A program made the position numbers and the translations under genes. The notes beneath the pieces are model-generated. The model saw only the letters and a program-made list of their open reading frames with translations, did no database searches and had not been told where the DNA came from. A stretch of 64,000 nt of DNA from Octopus vulgaris (taxonomy: Eukaryota). The stretch spans positions 73,160,001 through 73,224,000 of the forward strand of contig OX597827.1 of NCBI GenBank assembly GCA_951406725.2, in the 5' to 3' direction. This document shows positions 31,716-44,789 of this stretch, in pieces. Each line of letters opens with the position of its first letter. Position 1 is the first letter of the stretch.

Positions 31716-31790
31716 CATTATTATTATTCAGTCTGTTACATCCCCAAATTGTAAAACTGGATCCGTTAAACACAACAGATACGATACATA

Positions 31791-31858
<68 letters not shown>

Positions 31859-32022
31859 GTGTGTGTGTATGTGTGTGTGAAAAATACAAAATGGGACAAG
31901 AACGCCCGTCCTTATTTTCTTTTTATCGTCTAGCTAGATGTTTTGTTGTCCCTTTCTTTATGACCTGTCCGGATGTTTTGCGTTCTTATCCCATTTTGTA
32001 TATATGTATTTTGTCTGTGTCC

Positions 32023-32057
32023 CCTTCTGTAAAGAGCGTAGGCTCGAAACGTAAAAG
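32023..32057 (+). ncRNA. Hammerhead-like relic (second copy of the 29448-29483 motif)
   Basis: cctt CTGTAAA GAGC gtag GCTC GAAA CG TA aaag. Confidence 0.45.
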
Positions 32058-32145
32058 ACTTTTCCTATTCCCGAGCTTTATACTAATACATCTGTTTGTT
32101 TTGTACACCACCTGTCTTCGTCTTTTGTGTTTTTTCGTAACCTCT

Positions 32146-32252
<107 letters not shown>

Positions 32253-32649
32253 TGTATGTATGTATGTATGTATGTATGTATGTATGCGTGTATGTATGTA
32301 TTATCTCAAGGACTTGACATTTGCCGTTGCTAGATAGATATGAACAGTTTTTGTTTGTTAATCTGACTTAACTTACTGCAAGTTTTTACGTTTTATTTTT
32401 TCCAAGTGATTTTGTATTATTTCTGTTGCCAAGCATATGCTAGTTTAACGTTGGAATCCTTTAGCTTATAGAAAGCGTGGGACATTTGAGATTCTATTTA
32501 TTGATAATTTTAATGGTATGACTCACGGAAATACTTTCTTAATATATTTTCTAGTAATTCTAAACTGATTTTCAACATAAAAAGAAGCAATTCTGAGAGA
32601 AACATTTTGTTTATTAAGATCTCTGGAGTACACAACTTTTCTTGCTCTG

Positions 32650-33620
32650 CAGTTCTCCGATGAAAAGATGTTTTCTTGACTCAACATGCAGCTGATCATG
32701 AGACAAACACTTTATTTGCCAGTTCAACTCCAGCAACCGTGAGAGTCTCTCCCTCGCTCTTGTTGATGGCCATGTTAAAGAGACTGTAACCACGAATCTG
32801 TCCACGGCTGGTTCTTAAACATCTATAATGGGATCTGTGTACAAATTGTAAATTACAATCTTTTCTACTTTAGGTACAAGGCCCGAAATTTTGGGGGAGG
32901 AGGCCAGTCGATTAGATCGACTCCATTACGCAAATGGTACTTAATTTATCGACCCCGAAAGGTTGAAAGGCAAGGTCGACCTCGGCAGAATTTGAACTCA
33001 GAACGTAAAGACAGAATGAAATTATAAATTGTAAATTACAATGTCAATAAAATACTAACAGCCTTGTCACATTTTCTATCACACTGAATCTCTCTGAGAA
33101 CTACGTTGAGGGTACGTGTGTCTCAAAGGGTACGTGTGTCTTTGAGACACACGTACACTCAACGTGGTTCTCAGATTTGGAGTACTCAGCCACTTGTACG
33201 TTAATTTCACGAGCAGGCTGTTATTTTGTTCGGATTAGCAGGAACCCTTAATGCCGTAACTGACGGATTGCCACTTTCAAGAAGTGGTGCGTAAGGGTTA
33301 AATCCAGGAATATTCTAAGAGAAGAAGAATAATTATTCTGAAGGATGCTTTTTCCAAAGTTACATGATGCTAAAGTCTGTTACAAATTTGTTGAGGAATT
33401 GTTCTGCAGGTTGGAACTGACGAGGTGTTTGCATGTCTAAATAGATTTTCAATTTGTAGCTTTTCCTAATGATCCTTTGATAACAGGAATTGGATCGCCT
33501 TCAAGGGAAACTCATTCAGTTGAAGTTCTTCAAACTGTTTAATCGAAGATGTTACGGCACTTTAGCTGAGATTATTACATATCAATAGCATGGCTCTTAT
33601 CAACACCATATATTGAACTG
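32650..33620 (-). pseudogene. Helitron PIF1-type helicase relic, interrupted by SINEs
   Basis: MAINKSEGETLTVAGVEL..(frameshift)..SHDQLHVESR matches AMTINKSQGQTL..G..L....FSHGQLYVA.SR; PAEQFLN at ~33400 resembles PTEFLN. Confidence 0.65.
32860..33025 (-). mobile_element. SINE family B, 5'-truncated, 17-bp TSD
   Basis: aaattgtaaattacaat at 32843-32859 and 33026-33042. Confidence 0.88.
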
Positions 33621-33700
33621 TCATTAATACGCTAATACGATTAAAGGAATGCGGTAACTTTATATTGAAATATGTTATGTACGTGTATACGTATGTAGCG

Positions 33701-33742
<42 letters not shown>

Positions 33743-33912
33743 CGTGCGTGTGTGTGCGTGTGTGTGTGTGTGTGCGCGCGTACGTATATACACACAAAAA
33801 TGAATAACGATACTCATACATAAAATTATACACACATACGCACATGCACACACGCACATATATGAAGTAGGTTTCAATAGGAATTAAGAGATTTCTTAAC
33901 GGAGAAATCAAA

Positions 33913-33987
<75 letters not shown>

Positions 33988-34006
33988 TATTATTATTATT
34001 ATTATT

Positions 34007-34497
<491 letters not shown>

Positions 34498-34499
34498 TT

Positions 34500-35475
34500 C
34501 ATCTTCTTTTAATTCCGTTTCCATTTGTTTCCGAGTGTCTTCTTGACACATAGAGCAGAGAAACTCATTGTATAAATTGGTAGGCAATTAAGATAAAGAC
34601 CCTAGATTGTTCCTTTACAAAGTGATGTGATAGAGTAGAAGGGGAAGAAAGACAAAATAAAAAAAAATGTAGGCAAAGAAAATCAAAGGGGAAAAAAGGA
34701 AAGAAAATTCACAGCGATAATGATCCTTTCAATACGTGTGACGAACCAGTCAAAACAATCTTTTGCACTTCTTGCACGGATGGTAAGCCAAGGATCATTC
34801 TTAAATAATTTTCAGTTCCTTTGTTGATCATTCCATGTGCTCCTACAATCATTTCGATTTCAATTAGGAAATCTTTAATTTTTTCTGAGCTTATCAAGCT
34901 CTGATCTTGAGCAGTCAAGATAAAGCTTTCACTCTCTGCCTTTAGTCCTGAGCTCCGTATTCAGTGACGGGTGTGCTTCTGGTCCACATCAGCTTGTTTG
35001 CTACGGACCACATATTTGCCATAGAGAGGTTTTGTTGCCAATTGTTCAAACGCATTTTGCTTTGCTATTGATTTCACCTACTTTGCAACTACAGTTGCTG
35101 CACTTCCTTTATGCTGTTCAACCTGTGTATTATGCATAAACTCAGTAGCAAATCTTTTGCTCTCCTTCATAACAGAATGAAGCTTCTTACGTTGCTCCTA
35201 GTTTTCAACGAGATTTAGCATTTAGTCATTAGATGTTTCAAGATGTTGTGCCAGTCTAATTGTTGTGGCTTTGTAAGAGACTTCAAATTGGATCAAGCCT
35301 CGACCTCCTTGAGCTCTGGGTAGGTTAAGATGACCTGTATATGCCTCTGGGTAGTGCATTTTATTGCAAGTCAGCAGTTTACATATTTTCCTGTCAATCG
35401 TCCTTATTTCGCTCATATTCCCTTTCAACACATTGAAACTGTAATTAACAACCGGATCTACTAAGTAATTTATAG
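34500..35475 (-). mobile_element. Older R4/Dong-type LINE fragment
   Basis: LNLPRAQGGRGLIQ, LKAESESFILTAQDQSL, IVGAHG..VQKIVLTGSSHVLK. Confidence 0.8.
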
Positions 35476-35620
35476 GTAACAGGAAACAAAAGAAGCGTCA
35501 CACATTTTCAGTCAGCAGAGATTAAATTTGCTTACTCCTACTAGCGATCAATGAGAGCGCTGAACTTGGCCTTGGGAAGAACCAACGCCTCTTGATCTGT
35601 TCTAATTACTGATAGAAATG

Positions 35621-35698
<78 letters not shown>

Positions 35699-36350
35699 TT
35701 AATAATAATAATAATAATAATATATATATGCACACACTCACACACACGCGCGCACACACATGCAGATATTTACATAACTGAATTTTTCTTTTCTTCCAAT
35801 AGGTTTTGCTGTGGTTTACAGTTTTCGTAATTGCTCAGCTTGCGTATACTGGCAGTTGCTAATCTTAATTTTTTATCATGCGTTCAATAGTGTTGTTGTA
35901 ATAAAATGTATGCTAACATTGTCAGGGAGAAATGAAGGGGAAAATTTTCGGAGAAAATTTTAGATACTAAATTTTTTAACTTTTCTGAAGATGATCGTTT
36001 GCATGTCCGACCAGAGAAAACTGTAGTGTTCTTGCAATAAAAAGGATGTTACATTTTCGAATACTCAGGGAGAAAGGAAAGGATAGATGTCCACAGAAAT
36101 TTGTAGATATTAGCGTTTAAAAATTTCTAAAGATGATCATTTGTGTGTTCGGCCAGAAAAACCTGTATATACGCAAGTTTTTAAACCTATTTTGAAGGAA
36201 AATTAAAATACAAGAAATTGTAGATATTCCAGGTTTTGGCAGTTATTTTTCAGTTGTTCTGCTGGGTTGTATTAGTGTTTCTAGGTCTTCGGCTGCTGAC
36301 TGGTTAGGGCAGAGAAGAACACGTCCAGCCGCTTTCAAGGCTAGCACTCC

Positions 36351-36471
<121 letters not shown>

Positions 36472-36569
36472 CATCTATACTCAACAGATTAGACTGTTGG
36501 AAAAGAAAAAGAATCATAAAATCGGGCTACAACAAGTAATCCTAGATGCACATATGTGTGTGTGTATGA

Positions 36570-36643
<74 letters not shown>

Positions 36644-36729
36644 ATGTCTGTGCTTGGCTACACGCACACATACATCCTGTCTTTGTCTGCGTATGAGTCT
36701 GTAATCTGACATCGATAGTTTTCATACAT

Positions 36730-37440
36730 ACGTTAAATCTTAAGGAGGTCTTGCAGATTTCTTAGCCCCAGATATCGTGATCATTTGTAACGTATGAATT
36801 AAGGATTTGCATCGTCTCCCCCAAGATCCCAACTACAGCCATATTTTGCTCTAGACGTGTTAGCATGTATCTTCTGGCTCCAATAATAGTTGGTATGAAG
36901 CTGAAAGTGTTTCTTGGGTCCATAGATATCCTCTTTCTCTTGTATTTTTCTTACCACATTCGTGTCCAGAAGGCAGCTAATTTCCACAACAGAACATATC
37001 TTTGTGGTTCTATACAACACTTTCTGGGCGGTTATGTTTTAACTTGGTCTGTTTAAGTTCCACCAATATTCTTTTGATCTATCGTTCTCAATATCGTCAA
37101 ATTCGTTTCTATCTATCTTCTCTTTTGTTATTCTGTTCCAGACCGTTTGGTCACCGCATTTTGCCTCATGGGGAGATTAGATCAGGAAGACAATCTTTCG
37201 CAATTGTCAGTAATGTGGTCGATGTCTTCAGTCTGTCAACGTTTTCTGTCTTTTTATGATGTAGATACTTGGGGCGGCGATCGCTTATTCCTGGATTGGA
37301 TGGATTGTATGGGTGTAACCCTGAAAGTGGGATGCCATAATCTTGTTGGTACTCCAGCTTGATCAATCCCTTCTATCGCTTGTGTTTTTCGGGCCAAGTA
37401 TCCACGTATGATCTTCTCAATGACCCGCTCCATTTTTTCT
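36730..37440 (-). mobile_element. RLE-type LINE 3' fragment (related to 50160-51300 and 52470-53000)
   Basis: VVEISCLLDTNV..KIQEKEDIYG; 3' portion matches 52475-52560. Confidence 0.7.
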
Positions 37441-37646
37441 GTTGTTCTCGAACATCAGACATACATCATATATTTATTACCCCCTCTTTGCGTTCTGAGT
37501 TCGAATGCCAGTGAAGTTACCACTATCAATAAGTAGCAGTTATTGCTGTTGCTCTGGTTGTTGAGAAGATCAGATGTGATAGAGCAGATCTACAATGTTA
37601 TAAGCTCTAACCGCAACCAAAGTGTATATTTTCAGGCATAGAACAT

Positions 37647-37869
37647 ATATTTACATTATTTACATTGGACAAAAATGTTTCGGCGGATTTACTCTCCAAC
37701 CTTCATTACGCTATATGCCCGTGGGCAATATAGAGTGAATTTTAGGGTTTATAAACCTAATATTTTTGCATCCTTCCTTAATACCATTTCCCATATTCTA
37801 CACATATCCGTCCAATGTAAATAATGTAAATAACGTACAGAATTCCTCATCTCTAAAATACAGAACAGT
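37647..37869 (-). mobile_element. PLE-like insertion with internal inverted segment, hammerhead relic and 9-bp TSD
   Basis: TSD atagaacat (37638-37646 / 37870-37878); inverted atttacattatttacattggac (37649-37670) / gtccaatgtaaataatgtaaat (37810-37831). Confidence 0.6.
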
Positions 37870-38792
37870 ATAGAACATCTACGTAATCCCATGTACTCAC
37901 AATTTCTGATAATAGGGCGTGAATCAAAGAAAGCTTTTGCCTCAATTTCTATTAGTCAAAGTACACCATTTCATTGGTTAGAATAAGTATAACAATTATG
38001 ATTTTGCGGTCAGTACAATCGGTTAATTTTCCATGCATTCCACTCCGCTGAGTTTAAGGATCCTGTGCAGACTGGAGTTGCTGTATATTTGTAGGGGTTG
38101 GTCCCCTCCTACGCTGCGTACGGTTTTGAGGATGTTGTACAAAGTGTTATTATAAACTGTTGTTATAGCGTTGAGTCAGTTTCGTATTGTCGCATTGTGT
38201 TACGACAGTAGAGTCGTGGTGGTGGTGGCGGTGGTGTTAATGTTGACGGGGAAGTAATGCTGCAGAAGAAGAAATAGAAACAAAAAGAAAACGAAAAGAA
38301 AGAAAAAAAGACAAAGGAATGAACGAAAGAAGACAGTGGAAGCACTTATGCTAAAACGCCATCTTTACTAGTTGAGTTCTGTGGCTCAAAGGTGGTGGGA
38401 GAACCAGGAATGCGGGGCGGGGGGGATGGTTCTAGGTGAGAAGATGCTGCCGCACAATGGCTACATATTTACGTGCATTGACTGACAAATTAGAAACAAA
38501 ACACCTTATTGATAATCAGTCATGTGTATGCATTTACACACACACACACACACATACACACACACATATACACATACACACACACATACACACACACACA
38601 CATAAACACACACACATACATATACACATACACACATACACACACACGCTCATATTGTCACATATATAGTCATATATGAATTTGTGTGACTATATGAGCG
38701 TGTGTGTATATATATATATATATGTATGTATGTGTGTGTGTATGTACATATATATATATATATATGTGCGTGTGTATGTATATATATGTATG

Positions 38793-38823
<31 letters not shown>

Positions 38824-38855
38824 GTATATATATGTATATATATGTATATATAACT

Positions 38856-38906
<51 letters not shown>

Positions 38907-39193
38907 TAAACGGATGGCCATATATTGGAACTCATGTATTCCGGTGCATGTAACATACACCCACAGAGACATATAAATGTACACAGGCATACATATATTC
39001 ATACTTATTAACTGGCACCTACACAGACACGCATATATACACATGCACACACGTGCCAGCACTCACACACACACATGCAGATGCATATAAATCGATGCAG
39101 AGAGATATTCTGACACATTCGTGTGTAAACTCCCTCATATAAAGACACGTGCATCCATATTGACAACTATCAAGGCATACTAATGTGTGTGTC

Positions 39194-39229
<36 letters not shown>

Positions 39230-39451
39230 GGGGAGGGAGGGGAGGGCGAAAGTGAGACAAAGCAATTTATACATGCATATAAGCATATACATATATACAT
39301 ATAATACATACATAAACACACAAACACATATTTTATACACGCATATGTATATATATATAGATGAATATTAGTATATATACACCATATAAGCATACATATG
39401 AATTCCATATTATATATATATGTGTGTGTACGTGTGTGTGTGTGTGCGTGC

Positions 39452-39483
<32 letters not shown>

Positions 39484-39552
39484 GTGAATATGTATGCATG
39501 TATGCCATATATATAATATATTTGTGTGTGCATATCTGTATGTATATATGTG

Positions 39553-39612
<60 letters not shown>

Positions 39613-39668
39613 ATTAGAGATAAAACCACTATTTGTCAAATCAAATATATATATATATATATATAAAG

Positions 39669-39700
<32 letters not shown>

Positions 39701-40456
39701 AAGAAAGAGAGAGAGAGAGAGAGAAATGCAAAAGTCTTGGAATTACAGCATTTTAAAGTGAGGGACAACCGTGGGAAGGAGGACGTTTGGTGAAGTAGCC
39801 GTGCGTTGAGTACGGGGAAATGACGTTCAATTCTAATCACGTACAGGAGAGACATCCGTGTTGAAATCCATGGAAGACACACCCTCGGCAGGTCATTGCA
39901 AACTGACCCCTGACCAGAAGTTCGAGGGCTGGAAAACAACATGGCATTTGTCGGCAAGGAATAAAGAGTTTCCATGACTAGAATTTATAAAAATTAAATT
40001 ACATTACAATAACAACAGAAAATAATGAAAGACACCTTCCTTAATGAATCTGTTTATCTCAGTCTGTTCTCTTCCCCTCTCCTTCCGTGTGTGTGTGTGT
40101 GTGTGTGTGTGCGTGTGCGTGTGTCTGTGTATGTGTGTCTATGTATATGCATGTATATATATCTTTTATTAAACTTTTAATACTTTTGATATTTATTTAA
40201 AAAAAAAATAAATAAATAAAAATAAATAAATAAATAATTAATTAATTAATAAACAAAATAATATATAAATATAAAATAATATACATACATATATATATAT
40301 ATTTGTGTATATATATTTAAAATTTATAAGTTTAAATTATTTTAATAATTTTTTAATTTTTAACTTTTATATTTTTTAATTAATTTTATGTATTGGCTTA
40401 TGTTTTTCACTGTTTGATTTGCCTAATAGTGGTTTTATCTCTAATTTAATATAATA

Positions 40457-40519
<63 letters not shown>

Positions 40520-40526
40520 GAAGGAG

Positions 40527-40573
40527 CTTCTACAGGACTAGAACTGTTTCATTCAAGAGAAATCTTCAGGAAG
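40527..40573 (-). ncRNA. Type I hammerhead ribozyme motif with canonical core
   Basis: cttc CTGAAGA T TTC tctt GAA T GAAA CAG ttctagtc CTG TA gaag; all three stems present; embedded in (TA)n. Confidence 0.75.
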
Positions 40574-40765
40574 ATTATATATATATATATTTATATATAT
40601 ATATATGTATATATATATTGTGTAACTAAAACAGTTTAACTTTTTAACGCAAGCGTGTGTTCCTCAATCTTCTGGATCTCCACAGATCAGAGTCCAATCC
40701 ACCTTTGTAGGATAAATGGGCATATTTAATTTATTTTCCTCACTATAATTGATATATATAAATCC

Positions 40766-40998
40766 AGGTAGTGGGAGTGGTGCTGGTAACATTCAGACTA
40801 CATATGTTTCGTGGCTAGCAGATCCCCTGATGTTAGTATCATTCAACGAGGGTTACTCAGCCAGCGACTCACCAGGCCAAAGATACCTTAATTACACATG
40901 TGTACCTGTCTGAGTACCCCTCGTTGAGTAATTATCATATCAGAGAATCTTCTTGCTAGGAAGCATGAGTAGTTTGAATTTTACCTGCTCCATTGCCT
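40766..40998. repeat. Imperfect long inverted repeat (~90-100 bp arms)
   Basis: ttcaacgagggttactcagccag pairs with ctgtctgagtacccctcgttga; arms extend out to aggtagtgg / ccattgcct. Confidence 0.75.
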
Positions 40999-41200
40999 CA
41001 GCAACTCAAGATGGCAATTTTGAGGTATAAAAAAATGTTTTCAGCTTTTCGAACTTCGATATAGGAAAAGCTGACAATCTTCGATGCTAATAAAATATTA
41101 TTCTCCCTGAACATTGTTTTTTTATATCTAACAGGGACTTCTCGAAGCTTACTATCTTCCCACAATTAGATCCTTGACTCTTATATATATATATATATAT

Positions 41201-41378
41201 GCGTAGGAGTGGCTGTGTGTGGTAAGTAGCTTGCTTACGAACCACATTGTTTCGAGTTCAGTCCCACAGCGTGGCACCTTGGGCAAGTGTCTTCTACTAT
41301 AGCCTCGGGCCGACCAAAGCTTTGTGAGTGGATTTGGTAGACGGAAACTTGACAGAAGCCCGTCGTATACACACACAC

Positions 41379-41443
<65 letters not shown>

Positions 41444-41670
41444 ATATATATATGTGCGTGTGTGTGTGTGTCTGTGTTTGTCCCACCAACATCGCTTGAC
41501 AACCAATGCTGGTGTGTTTACGTCCCATAACTTAGCGGTTCGGCAAAAAAGACCAATACAATAAGTACTAGGCTTACAAAAATAAGTCCTGGGGTTGATT
41601 GGCTCGACTAAAGGCGGTGTTCCAGCATAGCCAAAGTCAAATGACTGAAACAAGTAAAAGAGTAAAAGAG
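41201..41670 (+). mobile_element. SINE family A, full length
   Basis: Head, internal (CA)n, aaaagagtaaaagag tail. Confidence 0.9.
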
Positions 41671-41751
<81 letters not shown>

Positions 41752-42255
41752 GTGTGTGTATGTATGTATGTATGTATGTATAACTATTAAGTATATGAAT
41801 CCTGTTTAAAATAGACATGACTCCAAGAACAATAAACAACACCATACCAATGTACTTGAGTTTTTTTTTTATCTCGGCTACCGACGAGTACTTTCTGACA
41901 ACTCAGATTTTTCTATTACGAATGTGTAGGAGGCTAAATTGTATAGCTACATGCGGAAAAATAAACTATAATCTATTTTGACATCTAATCTCCTCCATAT
42001 TACATAATTATGAATCAATTTGCTGAAGAAGTTGATTCATATACTTAGTATTTTATATATAAGCTTTCATATCAACACTGAGTTACACTAGTATATTCAA
42101 AAGTAAAGTATGGAGAAACAATGTTAGAAATCTTTTGGAAATTACTCCACAAAAGGACGAACTCGCTTTCAATCTTTTAAAATTATACATACATACTTAT
42201 ATACATACATACATACATACATACATACATACATACACACACAGACACACAGACA

Positions 42256-42301
<46 letters not shown>

Positions 42302-42325
42302 TATATATATATGTATATATATATT

Positions 42326-42925
42326 ACGGAGATGTAGTTGCATAGCAAGTGACCTGATCTGTGATCGTGTGCTGGAACGAAAATAATTGCAGCGTGGAAG
42401 GTATTTATTAACCATTTAAAAAACACACAAAATCCGTTAGATTCACTTCAACATTTAAATTTAAAAATTTAATTTCTCAAAATATTTTCGGCGCTTTGAG
42501 ACCCCGACCTGTTCACTGACAAAAATCCGTGCAGCACGGATTTTTGTCAGTGAACAGGTCGGGGTCTCAAAGCGACGAAAATATTTTGTCACGGATTTTT
42601 GTCAGTGAACAGGTCGGAGTCTCAAAGCGACGAAAATATTTTGTCACGGATTTTTGTCAGTGAACAGGTCGGGGTCTCAAAGCGACGAAAATATTTTGTC
42701 GCGGATTTTTGTCAGTGAACAGGTCGGAGGTCTCAAAGCGACGAAAATATTTTGTCACGGATTTTTGTCAGTGAACAGGTCGGGGGTCTCAAAGCGACGA
42801 AAATATTTTGTTACGGATTTTTGTCAGTGAACAGGTCGGGGTCTCAAAGCGACGAAAATATTTTGACAAATTAAATTTAAATGTTGAACTGAACTTAAAT
42901 GTTGAACTGAACTTAAATGTTGAAG
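42326..42925. mobile_element. PLE-like fragment with head-to-head inversion and tandem hammerhead-like array
   Basis: Starts after (TA)n; symmetry centre tccgtgc-a-gcacgga at 42533; six 55-56 bp units on the right arm. Confidence 0.65.
42536..42870 (+). ncRNA. Six tandem minimal hammerhead-like units with G3-C8 core
   Basis: TTTGTCA GTGAACA G GTCG gggtctcaaag CGAC GAAA ATAT TT TGACAAA (last unit); unit starts at 42536, 42591, 42646, 42701, 42757, 42813. Confidence 0.6.
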
Positions 42926-43464
42926 TAGTTGTGATAATAAAGTTGTTGTTGCTGTTGTAGCTATCCTCATGTTTATCCTCAGGTCAGGCCCTCAACGAGC
43001 AGCCGTATGAACAAAGGCTTCCCTGCCGTGATAACCCCTTATTTCATATGCCCAACGAATGCAGGACTACACAATTCAGCGTGTCCATTTGCTTTTTAAA
43101 GTGTAGAGTGTATCTTGAGGGAGATTTGGTTGATATGTCTAGCAGTTCTCTCAACTATGGAGGCTCCCTCGTTGGCTAGTGGTGATGATGTTAGTATTAA
43201 TAATCCTTCGATTGACATACGATGCTATTCAGAAGTATTTCAGCAGTAACAGTGATATGTGCAGCTGTTGCACTATTCATATTATCGAAGAGTAGGAGAG
43301 AGAGCGAGAGAGAGAGAGAAAGAGAGAGAGAGAGAAAAAGAGAGTGAGAGAGAGAGAAAGAGATAGAGATGAAATTTTATATCTGACAGCAGGTCAAAGG
43401 TGTTCACCTTCGTACGGAGCTTACTGCTAACGCCACCTGACGGCGTTAATATCTATACTTCCTT

Positions 43465-44041
43465 AGGGCGGGGAGCTGGCAGGAACGTTAGTATGCCAGG
43501 CGAAATGCTTAGCCGTATTTCGTCTGCCGTTACGTTCCGAGTTCAAATTCCGCCAAGGTCGACTTTGCCTTTCATCCTTTCGAGGTCGATTAAATAAGTA
43601 GCAGTTACGCACTGGGGCCGATGTAATCGACCTAGACCAGTTGTCTGTCCTTGTTTTTCCCCTCTGTGTTAAGCCCCTTGTGAGTAGTAAAGAATTGGTT
43701 TTTCGTGTCTTTACGTTCTGAGTTCAAATTCCGCCGAGGTCGACTTTGCCTTTCATCCTTTCGGGGTCGATTAAATAAGTACCAGTTACGCACTGGGGCC
43801 GATGTAATCGACTTAAACCATTTGTCTGTCCTTGTTTGTCCCCTCTGTGTTTAGCCTCTTGTGAGTAGTAAAGAATTGGTATTTCATGTCTTTACGTTCT
43901 GAGTTCAAATTCCACCGAGGTCGACTTTGCCTTTCATCCTTTCAGGGTCGATAAATTAAGTATCAGTTGCGTACTGGGGTCGACCTAATCGACTGGTCCC
44001 CTCCCACCAAAATTTCGGGCCCTGTGCTTAGAGAAGAAACG
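43465..44041 (+). mobile_element. SINE family B trimer (181-bp internal period) with 17-bp TSD
   Basis: aatatctatacttcctt (43448-43464) / aatatatatacttcctt (44042-44058). Confidence 0.88.
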
Positions 44042-44611
44042 AATATATATACTTCCTTGGTTGGTTGACTAGTTGTAAGCAATTTTCTTGTAAGAGACTC
44101 TTTACTGGAACCAGTAAACACCCCCACCCCCACCACCACCATCAATAAGAAGAACAACAAAAATATCAACAACAACAATAACAATAAGAACAACAATAAC
44201 AACAACAACAACAACAATAACAACAACATGTACATGTCTGATGTCTTCAATGAACTTTTGCATTACATATTGTATATTGTATCGTGTATTGTAATAGACA
44301 GCATATGATATTTTGTATGACGTCTTGTATGATATATTTGAATGGTATATGGTATGCTATAAACTCTATGCATAAGGTAAGAGAGTTAGCTTATTACTGC
44401 GACCACGATAGACTCTCTACGAGTACGTACACGGGTGCGTGTCTAAGTGTGTGTTAGTACGTGCATATATATGTGCGTATTCGTTAGTCGCTATCTCCGT
44501 GTGTGTATGTACACGTGTGCATACGCCTGTTTGCGTATATGCGCTTTGTGTAGATGGTCTTGTATATATATATATATATATATAAATGTGTGTGTATGTG
44601 TGTGTGTGTAA

Positions 44612-44789
44612 GGTGCTGGCGTGGCTGTATGGTAAGAATCTTGCTTCCCAATCACATGGTTTCAGTGACACCTTGGCCAATTGTCTTCTCATATAGTCTC
44701 AGGCTAACCAAAGACTTGAGAAGAGATTTGGTAGACAGAAACTGAAAGAACCCTTTCTTGTGTGTATATATATATACATATATATATAT
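44612..44789 (+). mobile_element. SINE family A, degenerate 5' half
   Basis: gtggctgtatggtaag...gatttggtagacagaaactgaaagaa. Confidence 0.7.

Noticed and set aside
42536-42870. 55-bp array considered as CRISPR
   Set aside because: No variable spacers; better explained as a tandem hammerhead-like repeat.
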